IMG/VR virus record: IMGVR_UViG_3300039210_000244
Coordinates: 1-64,000 of that record
Source: a virus
Reading direction: 5' to 3' (one strand)
Length of the DNA: 64,000 nt
Below are positions 8,989 through 18,516 of the stretch, piece after piece. The stretch's first letter is position 1, and the number at the start of each line of letters is the position of its first letter. Under the pieces are notes generated by a model. The model did no database searches. It worked only from the letters and a program-made list of their open reading frames with translations, and was not told the DNA's origin. Made by a program: the position numbers and the translations under genes.

Positions 8989-10256
8989 GCTGCGTTGAGT
9001 TTGTAGAATTCCAGTGCGGCCGGGTGGGCGTGAATCGAGTTCCCGCTGATGTCGGCGATGAACAAACCTTCGAGCGTCTTGCAGCGTGAGAGCGCGACGT
9101 ACGCCTGTCCCGGCGCGAAACACCGCTTCAGATGCACGCGAACCTTATCGAGCGTCGCACCCTGCGCTTTGTGGGCAGTGATGGCGTACGCAAGGCGAAG
9201 CGGGATCTGCCGGCGGCTGGCGAGCACGTCGTGTTTCGACCTGACGATTTGCCACTCAGCTTGATCAATCTCCAATTTTGCGCCGTTCGTGAACTCAACG
9301 ACAGGGTATTTGCAGCCTGGACGCTCTTTGATCGCGACGACCTCGCCGAGACTTCCGTTCACGAGACCGGCTTCGGTATCGAGGTTCTTGAGCAACATCA
9401 CCTGCGCGCCGATCTTCAGCTGTAGCGTTTTCGGCGCGAGGCAGTCTTTCTCCAGCTTCTTTCGGTTGTGGTCTCCGTCGGCCCAATCGCTGGCGTCCCA
9501 TATGTGCAGGTCTGTTTTCAGCGCCGCCAGCGACTCCGCATTGATTCGGTCGGCGTGTTCGTTGTGTGTCACGATCTCCACCGGCTTGATGCGCGGGTCC
9601 GAGTCCACTGCGTTGATGCGCGGGCGGAGAACCGCACGAACGTCCTCGCTGGTATCGCCAACGCGGACACGGCTGAGGATGTCAGAGAACGCGCGCTCTT
9701 TCTGGCGCATGACTTCCGTCAGCACGAAGACCTTCACTTCAGCGGCCGGCCAGCAACGCGCCTCGAAGGCGAATCGCACCGGTTGACCCTGTTCACCGAT
9801 CGGTGGCAACTGGCAAAAATCACCGATGAAGATCATCTGAATTCCCCCGAACGGCGCCGACTTTTTGCGCACGAGCTGAAGCATCAAGTCGAGCTTATCC
9901 AACAGATCGGCCTCAATCATGGAAATCTCGTCGATCGCCAGCATCTTCGCTTTGCAGATTTCGTAGAACACCCCGTTTTTCCGTTCGAGGTGCTTCTTCG
10001 CGATCTCCATCGCACTGTCTCGCCCCATGCCGAGGCCGGCCCAACTGTGCAGCGTGCTTCCTCCAATTTGGATCGCTGCGATCCCGGTTGAGGCGCAGAC
10101 CTGCAAATCGGAATACTGTGACCGGAGGTAGCGGAGCAACGTGGATTTACCCGTACCGGCGGCGCCAGTGAACATCACGTTTCGTCCGGCGCGGATCTCA
10201 GTCACGCCGGCCTGCTGCTTGGCGTTCAACTGCTCGAATTTGAGTTCGGCTTCCAT
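8985..10256 (-). CDS. Pif1-family SF1B 5'-3' DNA helicase
   Basis: GAAGTGKS, ASTGIAA, DEISM, PFGGIQ, GDFCQLPP, LKIGAQVMLLKNLD, QIPLRLAYAITAHKAQG, GQAYVALSR. Confidence 0.95.
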   Translation of the reverse strand: MEAELKFEQLNAKQQAGVTEIRAGRNVMFTGAAGTGKSTLLRYLRSQYSDLQVCASTGIAAIQIGGSTLHSWAGLGMGRDSAMEIAKKHLERKNGVFYEICKAKMLAIDEISMIEADLLDKLDLMLQLVRKKSAPFGGIQMIFIGDFCQLPPIGEQGQPVRFAFEARCWPAAEVKVFVLTEVMRQKERAFSDILSRVRVGDTSEDVRAVLRPRINAVDSDPRIKPVEIVTHNEHADRINAESLAALKTDLHIWDASDWADGDHNRKKLEKDCLAPKTLQLKIGAQVMLLKNLDTEAGLVNGSLGEVVAIKERPGCKYPVVEFTNGAKLEIDQAEWQIVRSKHDVLASRRQIPLRLAYAITAHKAQGATLDKVRVHLKRCFAPGQAYVALSRCKTLEGLFIADISGNSIHAHPAALEFYKLNAA

Positions 10257-10258
10257 GA

Positions 10259-12598
10259 TCAGACTTCGATGATTTTGAGATCGCTGCGGCCGACGCTGAG
10301 TTCTGGCGCCAATTCGATGGCGTCGATCAGCGACGGGTTTGCCGGACCGATCAAAATAAATTGATCGATGTCACCGCTGCGCACCATGCCGTCGAGATTC
10401 GCGATCAGTTGCACCGCATTGGATGCGTCCAACCGTCCGATCTCGTCCAGCAAGAGCACGCGCAGGTTGCTCTTGGCGGCGAGGCCGGCGGTCAGTCCCA
10501 TCATGACGATCGCTGTCTCGGTGCCGGAGAACACGCGCTGAGAAACAAACTTGTCTCCGACGCGCATCCCTATTTCTCCACATTCGAAAACGAGCGGGCC
10601 TTTGAGGATATTCGCCGCGAGTTTATTCGCGATCGCCAGCGGTGCTTCGATCGAGCCGGACACGATTTCGGTTTTCTTCTGCGCGATGAGATCGATCACC
10701 TTGCCGAAGGTTTTGATCACGCCGTCTTGAACCTTGCGCCGGGCAGCCGCGTCTTCCATGCGCTTCCGGTCCTGCTCGAAGCGGATGATCGAGTGCACAG
10801 TTTCCTCGGAGGTCTTGTAGCTCGCCGATCGGATCTCGTGCTCTTTCTTCAACGCTTCGAGTTCTGCCGGGCTGAATTCAGGGAGAGCCGGAGCCGCGAG
10901 AACTTCGGCGAGCTCTACGCTTGCCTGTTTCCCGTCCGCCTCTGCTGCGTTCGCGGTTGTGAGTGCCTGACGTTCAGGAATCAACCGAGCCATCGCCATC
11001 TTCAGCGCCGCGGTATCGGCGGTGACTTCGGCAGTGAGTGCGTTCATTTCCAGCGGCGTCATCGGTGGCGTGAGCGACTGAGCTCCGAGGCTTTCCATCT
11101 CCGCGGCGGCGTTCTGGCAGAGCGTCAGCGCGTGGCTGGTTTTCTGAGCACGACCGCCGGCGTTGAAGTAGTCCTGCTGACGTGCCCGACATTCGATCGC
11201 AGTCTCGTTCGCTTTTTCAGCTGCATCCGACAGCCGCATTTCGGCTTCGTACTGTCGTGATTGCTCCGCCTCGTCAGCTTCGGGATTCGAGACGGTCTTC
11301 TCCACCCATTGCGTGATCTCGATCGGTTGAACCTCGCCTTGAGCATTCACCTCGATAACCCCGGTCACTTCGTAGCGGCCTGGACCGGCATTCGAAAAAT
11401 CATCTGTGCGGATTTGCGGCGCATCCTCATTCACCGGCGGCTGAGTGGCTTCGCTCTTCAGCGCGTTATACGCCTCTTCGGCGGCTGCATGAGCTTCGAG
11501 GGCTTCCTTCAGCGTTGCTTCGGCGGTGATGAAATCGGCACGAGCAGAATCCGCTTCGGCGCGCACCGTGTCCATCGACTCGATGAGTTCCTTGCAGTAT
11601 TTCATCCGGCCGGACGCGTGTGCGAACTTTGTGCCCTGCTCGGCGGCGGCGCGCAGCCGTTCCCGTTTCTCGGGCAGTTCAGATTGGAGCTTTGCGATCT
11701 CGGCCTCCGTTCCCTGGAGCGTATCAAGCCGTAAGACTGCGAACCGCGCGACGATCTCAGCGTATTTGATCCGCCGCTGAAGTTTCTCGATTCGCTCTGT
11801 GAGTTGTTTCGCCGCGGTCGCCCGCGATTCAGCCGTTGCGATGGCGCCCGTGAGCTCTTGGATCTTCGCCAAGATCCCGGCCTTGTGCGCTTCGGCTTCT
11901 TGACGATCGGGCAGCTTGGCGAGCTCAGCCTCGATCGTGCTGATGTCCGACATTCCCTCGACCATTTTTTGCATCCGGTCCTTCTCGGCCGTCGCCTCCT
12001 TCTTGCGCTCTTTCCAGAACAACTCCGACAGCGCGAGCAGCTCATTGACCGTCGGTGCCTTCGCCAGCACCTCGCTGGCCCACCGGCCGTAAACCTGAAT
12101 GTGCGGAGGCAACACAGTTGTTCCGGCGCCTTCAACGTTCAGGCTGAGTGCCTCACCGATCGCGTCGGCAATTTCTTTCGGCGAGCCGCCTTGGCTCTGC
12201 ACGAGCTCACAGGCTTTCGAGATCCGCGCGTTGTCCGACAGACCGAAGAAAATCGACGGGTCGAACAGGACGCGCGTGGCGTCGTCGAGCACGCCGTGCG
12301 TGGCCAGCGTGACATCAGCGGTTTGTTTGACCGTCGATTTCACTTTTTCGAATGCCACCACCTGCTCAGGCATTCCGTCATGCGACATCGCGATCCGCAT
12401 CGGGTAATCGCTGGCGAACATTTTTAGAGCGGCGGCGGTTTTTGCCACGTCCGGGATGTACCCCAGCACTAGACAGCGGATCGCTTGATCGATCGCCGAC
12501 TTGCCTGAAAAATTGCGGCCTTGGATGAGATTTTCCTTTGCGAACTCATAGGACGCTGTGACGCCTTTGAAGTTCATCAGGCTTAGATTCGTAATCAT
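10259..12598 (-). CDS. SMC/SbcC (Rad50)-like coiled-coil ATPase
   Basis: N-terminal Walker A GRNFSGKS, long coiled coil, signature FSGTE, Walker B LLLDE. Confidence 0.85.
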   Translation of the reverse strand: MITNLSLMNFKGVTASYEFAKENLIQGRNFSGKSAIDQAIRCLVLGYIPDVAKTAAALKMFASDYPMRIAMSHDGMPEQVVAFEKVKSTVKQTADVTLATHGVLDDATRVLFDPSIFFGLSDNARISKACELVQSQGGSPKEIADAIGEALSLNVEGAGTTVLPPHIQVYGRWASEVLAKAPTVNELLALSELFWKERKKEATAEKDRMQKMVEGMSDISTIEAELAKLPDRQEAEAHKAGILAKIQELTGAIATAESRATAAKQLTERIEKLQRRIKYAEIVARFAVLRLDTLQGTEAEIAKLQSELPEKRERLRAAAEQGTKFAHASGRMKYCKELIESMDTVRAEADSARADFITAEATLKEALEAHAAAEEAYNALKSEATQPPVNEDAPQIRTDDFSNAGPGRYEVTGVIEVNAQGEVQPIEITQWVEKTVSNPEADEAEQSRQYEAEMRLSDAAEKANETAIECRARQQDYFNAGGRAQKTSHALTLCQNAAAEMESLGAQSLTPPMTPLEMNALTAEVTADTAALKMAMARLIPERQALTTANAAEADGKQASVELAEVLAAPALPEFSPAELEALKKEHEIRSASYKTSEETVHSIIRFEQDRKRMEDAAARRKVQDGVIKTFGKVIDLIAQKKTEIVSGSIEAPLAIANKLAANILKGPLVFECGEIGMRVGDKFVSQRVFSGTETAIVMMGLTAGLAAKSNLRVLLLDEIGRLDASNAVQLIANLDGMVRSGDIDQFILIGPANPSLIDAIELAPELSVGRSDLKIIEV

Positions 12599-12715
12599 TG
12601 TTCTTTCGGGTTCGGGTTTCTATTCGGGTTCGAGAGACGGAGACGCGCGGGTGATTCATGCCCATCTATTCTCGGGAGCGCCGGATTGCCCGGCACAACA
12701 CACCCCGCGCGAAAT

Positions 12716-13564
12716 TCAGTTGAATGGCTGGCCCTGGCGTTCGGGTTGGCCGGTGTTCGTGTTGCCGTTCGTGGCCGGCTGTTCGTAGCTCTGGAACGGC
12801 TTCATCGGGAAGTTCTCAATGTCGGCCGGTTTCATTGTCCAGCAGGCATTGACCATGAATCCCATCGCCATCTTTTCGATGATTTCGATCGTGGGCTCGA
12901 ACTTCGTTCCGTGCCGTTTGTTAAGATCCGCGATCGCCTTGAACGCGGCGTCAACGCAGCGGTGATACGCGGCTGTAGTTTTTGCCACGCGCTTGTCGAA
13001 GAGCTTCATCTGCACCGCGCGATCCGCGGCGATGCTCTCTTTCGTGGCGCCCTGCGGGGCTGGCTCGGAGTCTGCCGGCTGTGAGCGACCATTCGAGCGG
13101 TTGGGCGGCGGCTGGTTGCCGTCGTCGTTGCGCTGCTGCGATTGCTGACCGTTCGGCGGTGGCGCCTGCTCCTGTTGTTGCGCGGGCGGCGTGACCGGCT
13201 GGCCGCTCCCGTCCTCAAACGAAAGGTCCGGCGACTCGTACACTGAAATTTGCGGCGTTGTCTTGCCCTGATAATTGTTATCCTTGCGAACGAGTCCGCC
13301 AATCCCGCGATCGGAGCGGCCGGCTATCGCGTAAAGCTGTGAGCCTTCCATCCGGCGACTCACTTCTTCACGAGACCACAGCTTCAGCTCGATCTGAGCT
13401 TTGCCGTCCGTGATCACTAGCATCTGGATCGTATAATCGGGTTTGCCGACTTCCTTCGATTTGAATGGCTTGCGCGGATAGACCTTCGTGATCTTGCCGC
13501 GGAACGCTTCGGGCTTCGCGCCGTCGCTCATGTCGATGAGCTGGGAGACAGTATTAACGAGCAT
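12716..13564 (-). CDS. Putative OB-fold nucleic-acid-binding protein with Q/P/N-rich linker
   Basis: FRGKITKVYP...ITDGKAQIELKLW resembles an RPA-type OB fold; ends in PFN. Confidence 0.5.
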   Translation of the reverse strand: MLVNTVSQLIDMSDGAKPEAFRGKITKVYPRKPFKSKEVGKPDYTIQMLVITDGKAQIELKLWSREEVSRRMEGSQLYAIAGRSDRGIGGLVRKDNNYQGKTTPQISVYESPDLSFEDGSGQPVTPPAQQQEQAPPPNGQQSQQRNDDGNQPPPNRSNGRSQPADSEPAPQGATKESIAADRAVQMKLFDKRVAKTTAAYHRCVDAAFKAIADLNKRHGTKFEPTIEIIEKMAMGFMVNACWTMKPADIENFPMKPFQSYEQPATNGNTNTGQPERQGQPFN

Positions 13565-13643
13565 GTTTCTTTCGGGTTATCGGGTTTTAATCTTTTCGGT
13601 TCGGGTTCGGTTCGGGTTCGGTTCGGGTTCTAACGATAGCAGC

Positions 13644-13922
13644 CTATTGTTTTTTCGGCGGCTCCAGTTTGGCGAGCTCCATGATCTTGTCTCGGAGCTT
13701 CGGAAATTTTTCAGCGTACGCGTCGATGGCTTCCTGCGTCGGTCGATTAGGCAGGCGTTCTTCGCTGATCTTCTCCTCGACGAACCCTCCCTCTGAAAAC
13801 TTTTTCATTTCAGCGACAGATTTGCGGAAGCAAATAACTTTGAGCCTCAATACGAGGTCGGGATCGATCCGGGCGTTCCAGAGAATTTTCTCTTCGCCGG
13901 GCGGGAGTGGAGGACGGGCCAT
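13644..13922 (-). CDS. Small putative DNA-binding regulator (RHH-like)
   Basis: MARPPLPPGEEK...NARIDPDLVLRLK; first gene after a promoter motif. Confidence 0.55.
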   Translation of the reverse strand: MARPPLPPGEEKILWNARIDPDLVLRLKVICFRKSVAEMKKFSEGGFVEEKISEERLPNRPTQEAIDAYAEKFPKLRDKIMELAKLEPPKKQ

Positions 13923-13942
13923 ATTCTTTTCGGGTTACAGAT

Positions 13943-13995
13943 TTGACTGAGCAACCGGAACCTAAGCCTATGGCCTGAATAAGTAAAGATAAATA
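13943..13995 (-). promoter_or_regulatory. Repeated phage promoter motif
   Basis: TTTACT-N17-TAGGTT followed by TCAGTCA. Confidence 0.6.
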
Positions 13996-14002
13996 CAACC
14001 GA

Positions 14003-14245
14003 TCACTTGTTTTTCTTTGGCGCCTCAGCGTAAAAATTCGTTGGGTGTAATTTTCCGCCCGCGGTGAGGACGCGGCGACGAATCTTCAGCACGACCTTGG
14101 CGCGGACGCCGCTGACCAGTAGGCGATTCGCTCCAGAGCGATCCATCTTCCACTTCTTCGCCCATTGCAGCGCAGAATAATATCCGAACGGCACATGATC
14201 CGGAACGTTGATCGACTCTCTGATTCGCTTGAGCAGATTGTTCAT
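14003..14245 (-). CDS. Small basic protein, possible winged HTH
   Basis: SALQWAKKWKMDRSGANRLL. Confidence 0.55.
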   Translation of the reverse strand: MNNLLKRIRESINVPDHVPFGYYSALQWAKKWKMDRSGANRLLVSGVRAKVVLKIRRRVLTAGGKLHPTNFYAEAPKKNK

Positions 14246-14248
14246 AAA

Positions 14249-15223
14249 TTATGCGGCCTTCGCCAGAGGGATCGGCGCGAATGCGGAGGTGAACAACGAC
14301 ACACCGTTGATGATCGGGATATTGAGGTGCAGAAATTTCCCGGTATGACTCACGAACTGAACCGCGTATCCGTGCGTCCAATCCGTGTGCCGTCCGTGAC
14401 ACCATAATGGTTGCATTTCGCAGAGACATCCCGGATTCCACGATCCGACGACGCCGACTCCAACCTTGCGCACAATGTCCGACTGCGCCCGGTGCGTGTG
14501 GGCAAACACAATGTTTCCGGCCATGCCGACCTGCGTGGCAGCCGCGGCGTTCTTGGCTGCGAGTACGCCGTGGTGAAAGTAACACTTCCCGCGTTTGATG
14601 ATCCCAGGGACGCTCAGGCCGTCGTGGCATTCGCCGCTCCTGCGGTAGTGAATCCCACGGTCACTAAGTTTCAGCAACGCTTCCGGCCCGACCAAGCTGA
14701 GCAGGAACTTGCCGTCGGACCCGTGTCTCAGCGTCTCGGTCACGCACCACGTCTCTACGCGACGACAGTGGTTCCCTTCGATGAAATCGATCACCGCATT
14801 CGGCGCCGCCGACTGCACGCCGTCGAGAAACCCGTTCGCAGCCGCGATGTCGCCTTCGTACGAATACGCTGTTTCCGCGACGTATCCCATGACGTGATGC
14901 TGCGCGAGGAAGCCTCCGCAATCGATGATGTCGCCGTTTAGGATCAACTCTTGAGGGTTTAGCTGCTTCGCGTCGCGCAAGAATGCCGAGACCGCCGGCC
15001 GAGCCATCTTCGCCCCGTGCACATCGCACGCGATCATTCGGATCGTGTCGCCCCGGAGGCGTGGCATGCGCTTAGCCGGCTGAACGGTCACTTTCCTCGC
15101 CCGGCGCTGACGTTCTACCGCGGCGACCGTTGTCGCCAGCAGCTTCTCAAGTTGAGCGACACGCTTATTCGCGTCCTGCGCTTTTTTGGATTCAACGGCG
15201 GCGCGGATCGTGTCTGGCTTCAT
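14249..15223 (-). CDS. Calcineurin-like metallophosphoesterase
   Basis: DVH, GDIID, EGNH, HHG and AHTHR motifs. Confidence 0.9.
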   Translation of the reverse strand: MKPDTIRAAVESKKAQDANKRVAQLEKLLATTVAAVERQRRARKVTVQPAKRMPRLRGDTIRMIACDVHGAKMARPAVSAFLRDAKQLNPQELILNGDIIDCGGFLAQHHVMGYVAETAYSYEGDIAAANGFLDGVQSAAPNAVIDFIEGNHCRRVETWCVTETLRHGSDGKFLLSLVGPEALLKLSDRGIHYRRSGECHDGLSVPGIIKRGKCYFHHGVLAAKNAAAATQVGMAGNIVFAHTHRAQSDIVRKVGVGVVGSWNPGCLCEMQPLWCHGRHTDWTHGYAVQFVSHTGKFLHLNIPIINGVSLFTSAFAPIPLAKAA

Positions 15224-15291
15224 GCGATTTGCAGCGCATGATTACAAAAGCACTCTGTCGAATTTTACCTCTAAAAATCAGGGTAACGGCA

Positions 15292-16263
15292 CTAAACAAC
15301 GAACTCCAGCGTTTCAAGCGGACTTACTGCGCGCTCCAAATGCGGGTGACGATACGTCTGCGTTGTCTCCAAAGACTTGTGACCGAGAATAGCCTGCAGG
15401 TCGCGAATATCACCTTCGAAATGCGTGCCGAACCCGTGACGCAGGCAGTGCGGCGTGATTCTCGCCAAGATGCCAGCCTTGTCACAAGCGATATAAAATG
15501 CCCGCTGAATCTCGCGGTCCCGCATGTGCCAGCGAAGCATCTGGCCAGACCGAGGGTGCTCTTGCGGCCCGATCGACGGAAACAGAAACATCCACCCCAA
15601 TGAATGCGGAGCCCGTGGATATTTCTTTGCAAGTGCTCCCGGCGTTTGGATAGGCAGTGGCGTCGGACGACGTGATTGGTCCTGTTCGAAAACACGTTTG
15701 GCGTGATCGATCTGGCGGCGGATCTGCACGTGCAGTATTTCTGGCAACGGAACCACGCGATCATGGCCGTGTTTTGGCGCGCGGATCACCAGTCGGCACT
15801 CAGACATCCGAATATCTTTCAACCGAACTTCCAGCGCCTCATTCACGCGCAGCCCGCAACCGTATAGCATGAGGGCAACCAGTCGAGCGGGGATCGCGGG
15901 TGTGTCGAACAGTGCGCCTAGCAGAGCGACCGTCTCTTCACGTGACGGGCAATGACGCTCATAGACCGGCCGCTTGGCGCGAATGGCATCAACATTACCG
16001 AGCGTTTTTCCGACTGAAGCGTACAGCGCATTGATCGCCGCTAGATCGTGGTTTTGCGTGGATGCAGAAACGTTGTCCCGTGTCACTCGCTGGGAAAGGT
16101 ATGCCTCTGCGATCTGCTCCGATGTCCATTCTTTTGGACACGACAGAGCGAAATCGTAGTACAAGCCAGCGACCCGGCAGTACCCCTCCTCGGTATCGTG
16201 CTGCTGGCCCTTTAGGCGGATGCACTGAGCGAGCCGGGCGAGAACCTCACTTTTCGGTTTCAT
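15292..16263 (-). CDS. intI: Integron integrase (tyrosine recombinase with IntI-specific insertion)
   Basis: VSASTQN, LYGCGLR, K, HCLRH, LGH and TTQTY catalytic set; IntI patch PGALAKKYPRAPHSLGWMFLFPS...HPRSGQMLRWH; C-terminal SPL. Confidence 0.93.
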   Translation of the reverse strand: MKPKSEVLARLAQCIRLKGQQHDTEEGYCRVAGLYYDFALSCPKEWTSEQIAEAYLSQRVTRDNVSASTQNHDLAAINALYASVGKTLGNVDAIRAKRPVYERHCPSREETVALLGALFDTPAIPARLVALMLYGCGLRVNEALEVRLKDIRMSECRLVIRAPKHGHDRVVPLPEILHVQIRRQIDHAKRVFEQDQSRRPTPLPIQTPGALAKKYPRAPHSLGWMFLFPSIGPQEHPRSGQMLRWHMRDREIQRAFYIACDKAGILARITPHCLRHGFGTHFEGDIRDLQAILGHKSLETTQTYRHPHLERAVSPLETLEFVV

Positions 16264-16289
16264 GTTACTATGGTTGTAGTTTACTGAAT

Positions 16290-16326
16290 CCGTTATCCGC
16301 GAATTGTCGGAGAATCACTGTTCGGC
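16290..16326 (+). other. Putative attI site (core GTTCGGC at 16320-16326)
   Basis: Lies 57 bp from the intI start; core is complementary to GCCGAAC of the first attC; no attC-like hairpin to its left. Confidence 0.7.
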
Positions 16327-16327
16327 A

Positions 16328-16627
16328 TCACGGTTTGAGTGCCGCGAGTAGGCGGCGGAAGATTCCGGGGCGCTTACGGTTTTGCGCCGCTTGCGACGAC
16401 GCATAGATGGGGTTCTGGCGGATCGCGACGAAGCCGTGCGTTTCGCAGAGCTGCCCCAGGTGCTTGCCGCGTCCGCTGAGTTTCCAGCGTGTGAGCGAGC
16501 CGCAGACTGGGCAGGTTGTCGGCCACGTAGTCGGAGCCGAACTAGACGCCACACCCAATTCGGGGGCGCGTCCGTCGCAGGCTCCGGCGGGAGTCACAGG
16601 AAGAGAAGGAAGGGTTGCAGTGCTCAT
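16328..16627 (-). CDS. Cassette 1 protein, small Zn-ribbon-like (CPVC...CETH)
   Basis: ATG lies in the loop of attC1. Confidence 0.65.
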   Translation of the reverse strand: MSTATLPSLPVTPAGACDGRAPELGVASSSAPTTWPTTCPVCGSLTRWKLSGRGKHLGQLCETHGFVAIRQNPIYASSQAAQNRKRPGIFRRLLAALKP

Positions 16628-16668
16628 AAAGTTTTCAGGCCCCCGAATTGGTGATCTTGGTGTTCGGC
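16536..16668 (+). repeat. attC site 1
   Basis: GCCGAAC...CACCCAATTCGGGGGC // GCCCCCGAATTGGTG...GTTCGGC, extra base in the left arm. Confidence 0.85.
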
Positions 16669-16958
16669 AAAACGAAGACGCCCGGCCTTACGCGGACAAG
16701 CAGCCTGCGTTTCACCATTGTTGAGAGGGTCGCGCCGACGTGTTTTCCGGCGTTGCAGTAGATATTTCTCCCGATGAGTTCTACCGCGGCTTCGAGTGTG
16801 ATTTTCCCGCAGATGTGGCAGTGTTCGATTACGGCTTTTTGCTTCGGCGAGAGTCGCACCGCCGAACCAGACGCCAGAGCACAACGCGCCAGCGTGGCCC
16901 GTTTTTCGGGAGTGGCTTCAACGCTCAACATCTCCAGTTGTTCAGGCGCGTGGCTCAT
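16635..16958 (-). CDS. Cassette 2 protein, winged-HTH-like
   Basis: LSPKQKAVIE...LSTMVKRRLLVRVRPGVF; starts in attC2, ends in attC1. Confidence 0.7.
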   Translation of the reverse strand: MSHAPEQLEMLSVEATPEKRATLARCALASGSAVRLSPKQKAVIEHCHICGKITLEAAVELIGRNIYCNAGKHVGATLSTMVKRRLLVRVRPGVFVLPNTKITNSGA

Positions 16959-16972
16959 CTTAGGTGTTAGGC
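16861..16972 (+). repeat. attC site 2
   Basis: GCCGAACCAGACGCCAGAGCACAACGCGCC // GGCGCGTGGCTCATCTTAGGTGTTAGGC. Confidence 0.88.
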
Positions 16973-16976
16973 ACGA

Positions 16977-17267
16977 TCAATTGAAGCCCTCGATGTAGTG
17001 GCGCATTTGAACGGGCGAAGAAAGCAGACCGGCCATGAGCTGCATCATGCCGAGCTGGATGCCCACGTGTCCCTCGGTATCGGGGTGCTTCCCAAGGTCG
17101 CTGGCCATGCTCGCGAAGGCTTGGTTTACGTCTCCCATGTCGCAGTATTCGAGGGCGCGTTTCTTGCACCACGCTAGATGCTCGGCGCGTGAAGACGGAG
17201 CCGAACCATGTGCTAGAGAGGAACGCCCACTATCGGGGCCTTCGATTGAGTCTGTTGGATTTTTCAT
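16977..17267 (-). CDS. Cassette 3 protein, phage-type hypothetical
   Basis: RAEHLAWCKKRALEY...SDLGKHPDT; ATG in the loop of attC3. Confidence 0.75.
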   Translation of the reverse strand: MKNPTDSIEGPDSGRSSLAHGSAPSSRAEHLAWCKKRALEYCDMGDVNQAFASMASDLGKHPDTEGHVGIQLGMMQLMAGLLSSPVQMRHYIEGFN

Positions 17268-17324
17268 GTTGGTTTTGGTTACTGAGATTTTTCCCGGTGG
17301 GCGTCCCTCACCACGCCGTTCGCC
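17200..17324 (+). repeat. attC site 3
   Basis: GCCGAACCATGTGCTAGAGAGGAACGCCCAC // GTGGGCGTCCCTCACCACGCCGTTCGCC. Confidence 0.85.
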
Positions 17325-17632
17325 AAAGCTATTTTACGATGGTGCTCGCACGGCGCACTTTCAGGGCAGCAATCCGTGATCCCGATGCGGCGACCTTCCG
17401 CGTTCAGGCATGGCCCTAGCCAAACTCGTTCGCCGTCGTAGTTTGTTATCACCATGTCCACGTTCCAACTGAGTGCCTTTAGTAGCAGCTCCGCCTCTCT
17501 GGTTGTGGGCTGGTCCCTGTCGAGCGATTCCCGAAGAGAACGCAGAGGCGAACCAGCGATTACAGACAACGACCCGCACTGTCCGGCTGGCGAAGGGTCA
17601 GCGTTGGCGGGAGTTTGGATTTCAGGTTTCAT
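17279..17632 (-). CDS. Cassette 4 protein, hypothetical with Cys/His cluster (DCC...PCEHH)
   Basis: Starts in attC4, ends in attC3. Confidence 0.7.
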   Translation of the reverse strand: MKPEIQTPANADPSPAGQCGSLSVIAGSPLRSLRESLDRDQPTTREAELLLKALSWNVDMVITNYDGERVWLGPCLNAEGRRIGITDCCPESAPCEHHRKIALANGVVRDAHREKSQ

Positions 17633-17677
17633 GGTTTGAGTGGTTCGGCGGGTCGTGTCTGACTCGCGCCGTTAGCC
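17547..17677 (+). repeat. attC site 4
   Basis: GGCGAACCAGCGATTACAGACAACGACCCGC // GCGGGTCGTGTCTGACTCGCGCCGTTAGCC. Confidence 0.88.
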
Positions 17678-18015
17678 AGAAGGGCGTTTCCGAGCTTGTC
17701 GTAAGCGTAGCGCAGCTCCCGCACGGCGTCGCCAGATAGCCCGACCTTGCCTTGCTGAGCAGCATGTAGGTGGTCGAAGTCGAACCATGCGCGGGCTTCG
17801 CCTATCGTGTTACGCAGGCATGCGTCTTCGTAGCCCTCCGGAGAGCACCGCATCTTCACGCACGTCCATCCCTTGCGCCGAGCCTGTCGCCATTTCATGT
17901 CGCTGAGCCACGCATCGAAAGCGGTGATGCATTCGGCGCGGGTTGGGCGCATTAAGAAGGGGCAGTGACCGCCTTCGGGGGTCGCGATGACCCACATTAC
18001 ATAAGGGAATTTCAT
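17629..18015 (-). CDS. Cassette 5 protein, hypothetical
   Basis: Starts just outside attC5; ends in attC4 with an ATGA overlap. Confidence 0.65.
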   Translation of the reverse strand: MKFPYVMWVIATPEGGHCPFLMRPTRAECITAFDAWLSDMKWRQARRKGWTCVKMRCSPEGYEDACLRNTIGEARAWFDFDHLHAAQQGKVGLSGDAVRELRYAYDKLGNALLANGASQTRPAEPLKP

Positions 18016-18026
18016 AGATTTTCAGA

Positions 18027-18112
18027 GGCTAACCAGCCATCAGAGCCAACGCCGACAATCGTCAGGGATAGATTAGGCATTGGGGCGGCGTGGCTCACCG
18101 TGACCGTTCGGC
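18027..18112 (+). repeat. attC site 5
   Basis: GGCTAACCAGCCATCAGAGCCAACGCCG // CGGCGTGGCTCACCGTGACCGTTCGGC. Confidence 0.88.
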
Positions 18113-18468
18113 GAAGGTGAGCCGTGAGGATCGTAGGCGTTGCAGTGAGGGCATCGTTCGGTGAAGGTGCGCGGCTCCATTTCGACCGCGCCCGCGCAGT
18201 TCCAGCAGTCGCGGCAGTCTATGCTAGCGACTGCACGCGCATAAGCTGCGCGAAGAGGTTTCTCGCGGAAGTCGCGGCAGAGTTGCCGGACCTCGACTGA
18301 TTCATGCGCCAGTTCGCGCTCGAACAGATGTGCGATTTTCGCGATTCGGCGTGGGTGGTTGAGCGGAATATTGTCGCGACCGCGCGGCATTACCGGAGCC
18401 GAACCAGTTGCCAGAGCCAACGTCTCTGCCGGCCCGTCCTTTTTCGATTGGTTTTCTTGAGTGCTCAT
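18073..18468 (-). CDS. Cassette 6 protein, hypothetical with Zn-ribbon (CWNC...CPHC)
   Basis: Starts in attC6, ends in attC5. Confidence 0.7.
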   Translation of the reverse strand: MSTQENQSKKDGPAETLALATGSAPVMPRGRDNIPLNHPRRIAKIAHLFERELAHESVEVRQLCRDFREKPLRAAYARAVASIDCRDCWNCAGAVEMEPRTFTERCPHCNAYDPHGSPSPNGHGEPRRPNA

Positions 18469-18516
18469 AGTTGAGAGTTTTTCGCGGCAGAGCCGTTGCT
18501 CATCGTGGTGTTCGCA
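18398..18516 (+). repeat. attC site 6
   Basis: GCCGAACCAGTTGCCAGAGCCAACGTCTCTGCCG // CGGCAGAGCCGTTGCTCATCGTGGTGTTCGCA. Confidence 0.88.

Noticed and set aside
13565-13635. TTCGGG tandem repeat as a telomere-like or iteron element
   Set aside because: The same repeat occurs before ~20 start codons on one strand, so it is treated as a leader motif; an origin role cannot be supported.
15292-16263. Ordinary prophage integrase or XerC/D
   Set aside because: It has the IntI-specific insertion, sits mid-genome beside attC sites and has phage genes on both sides.
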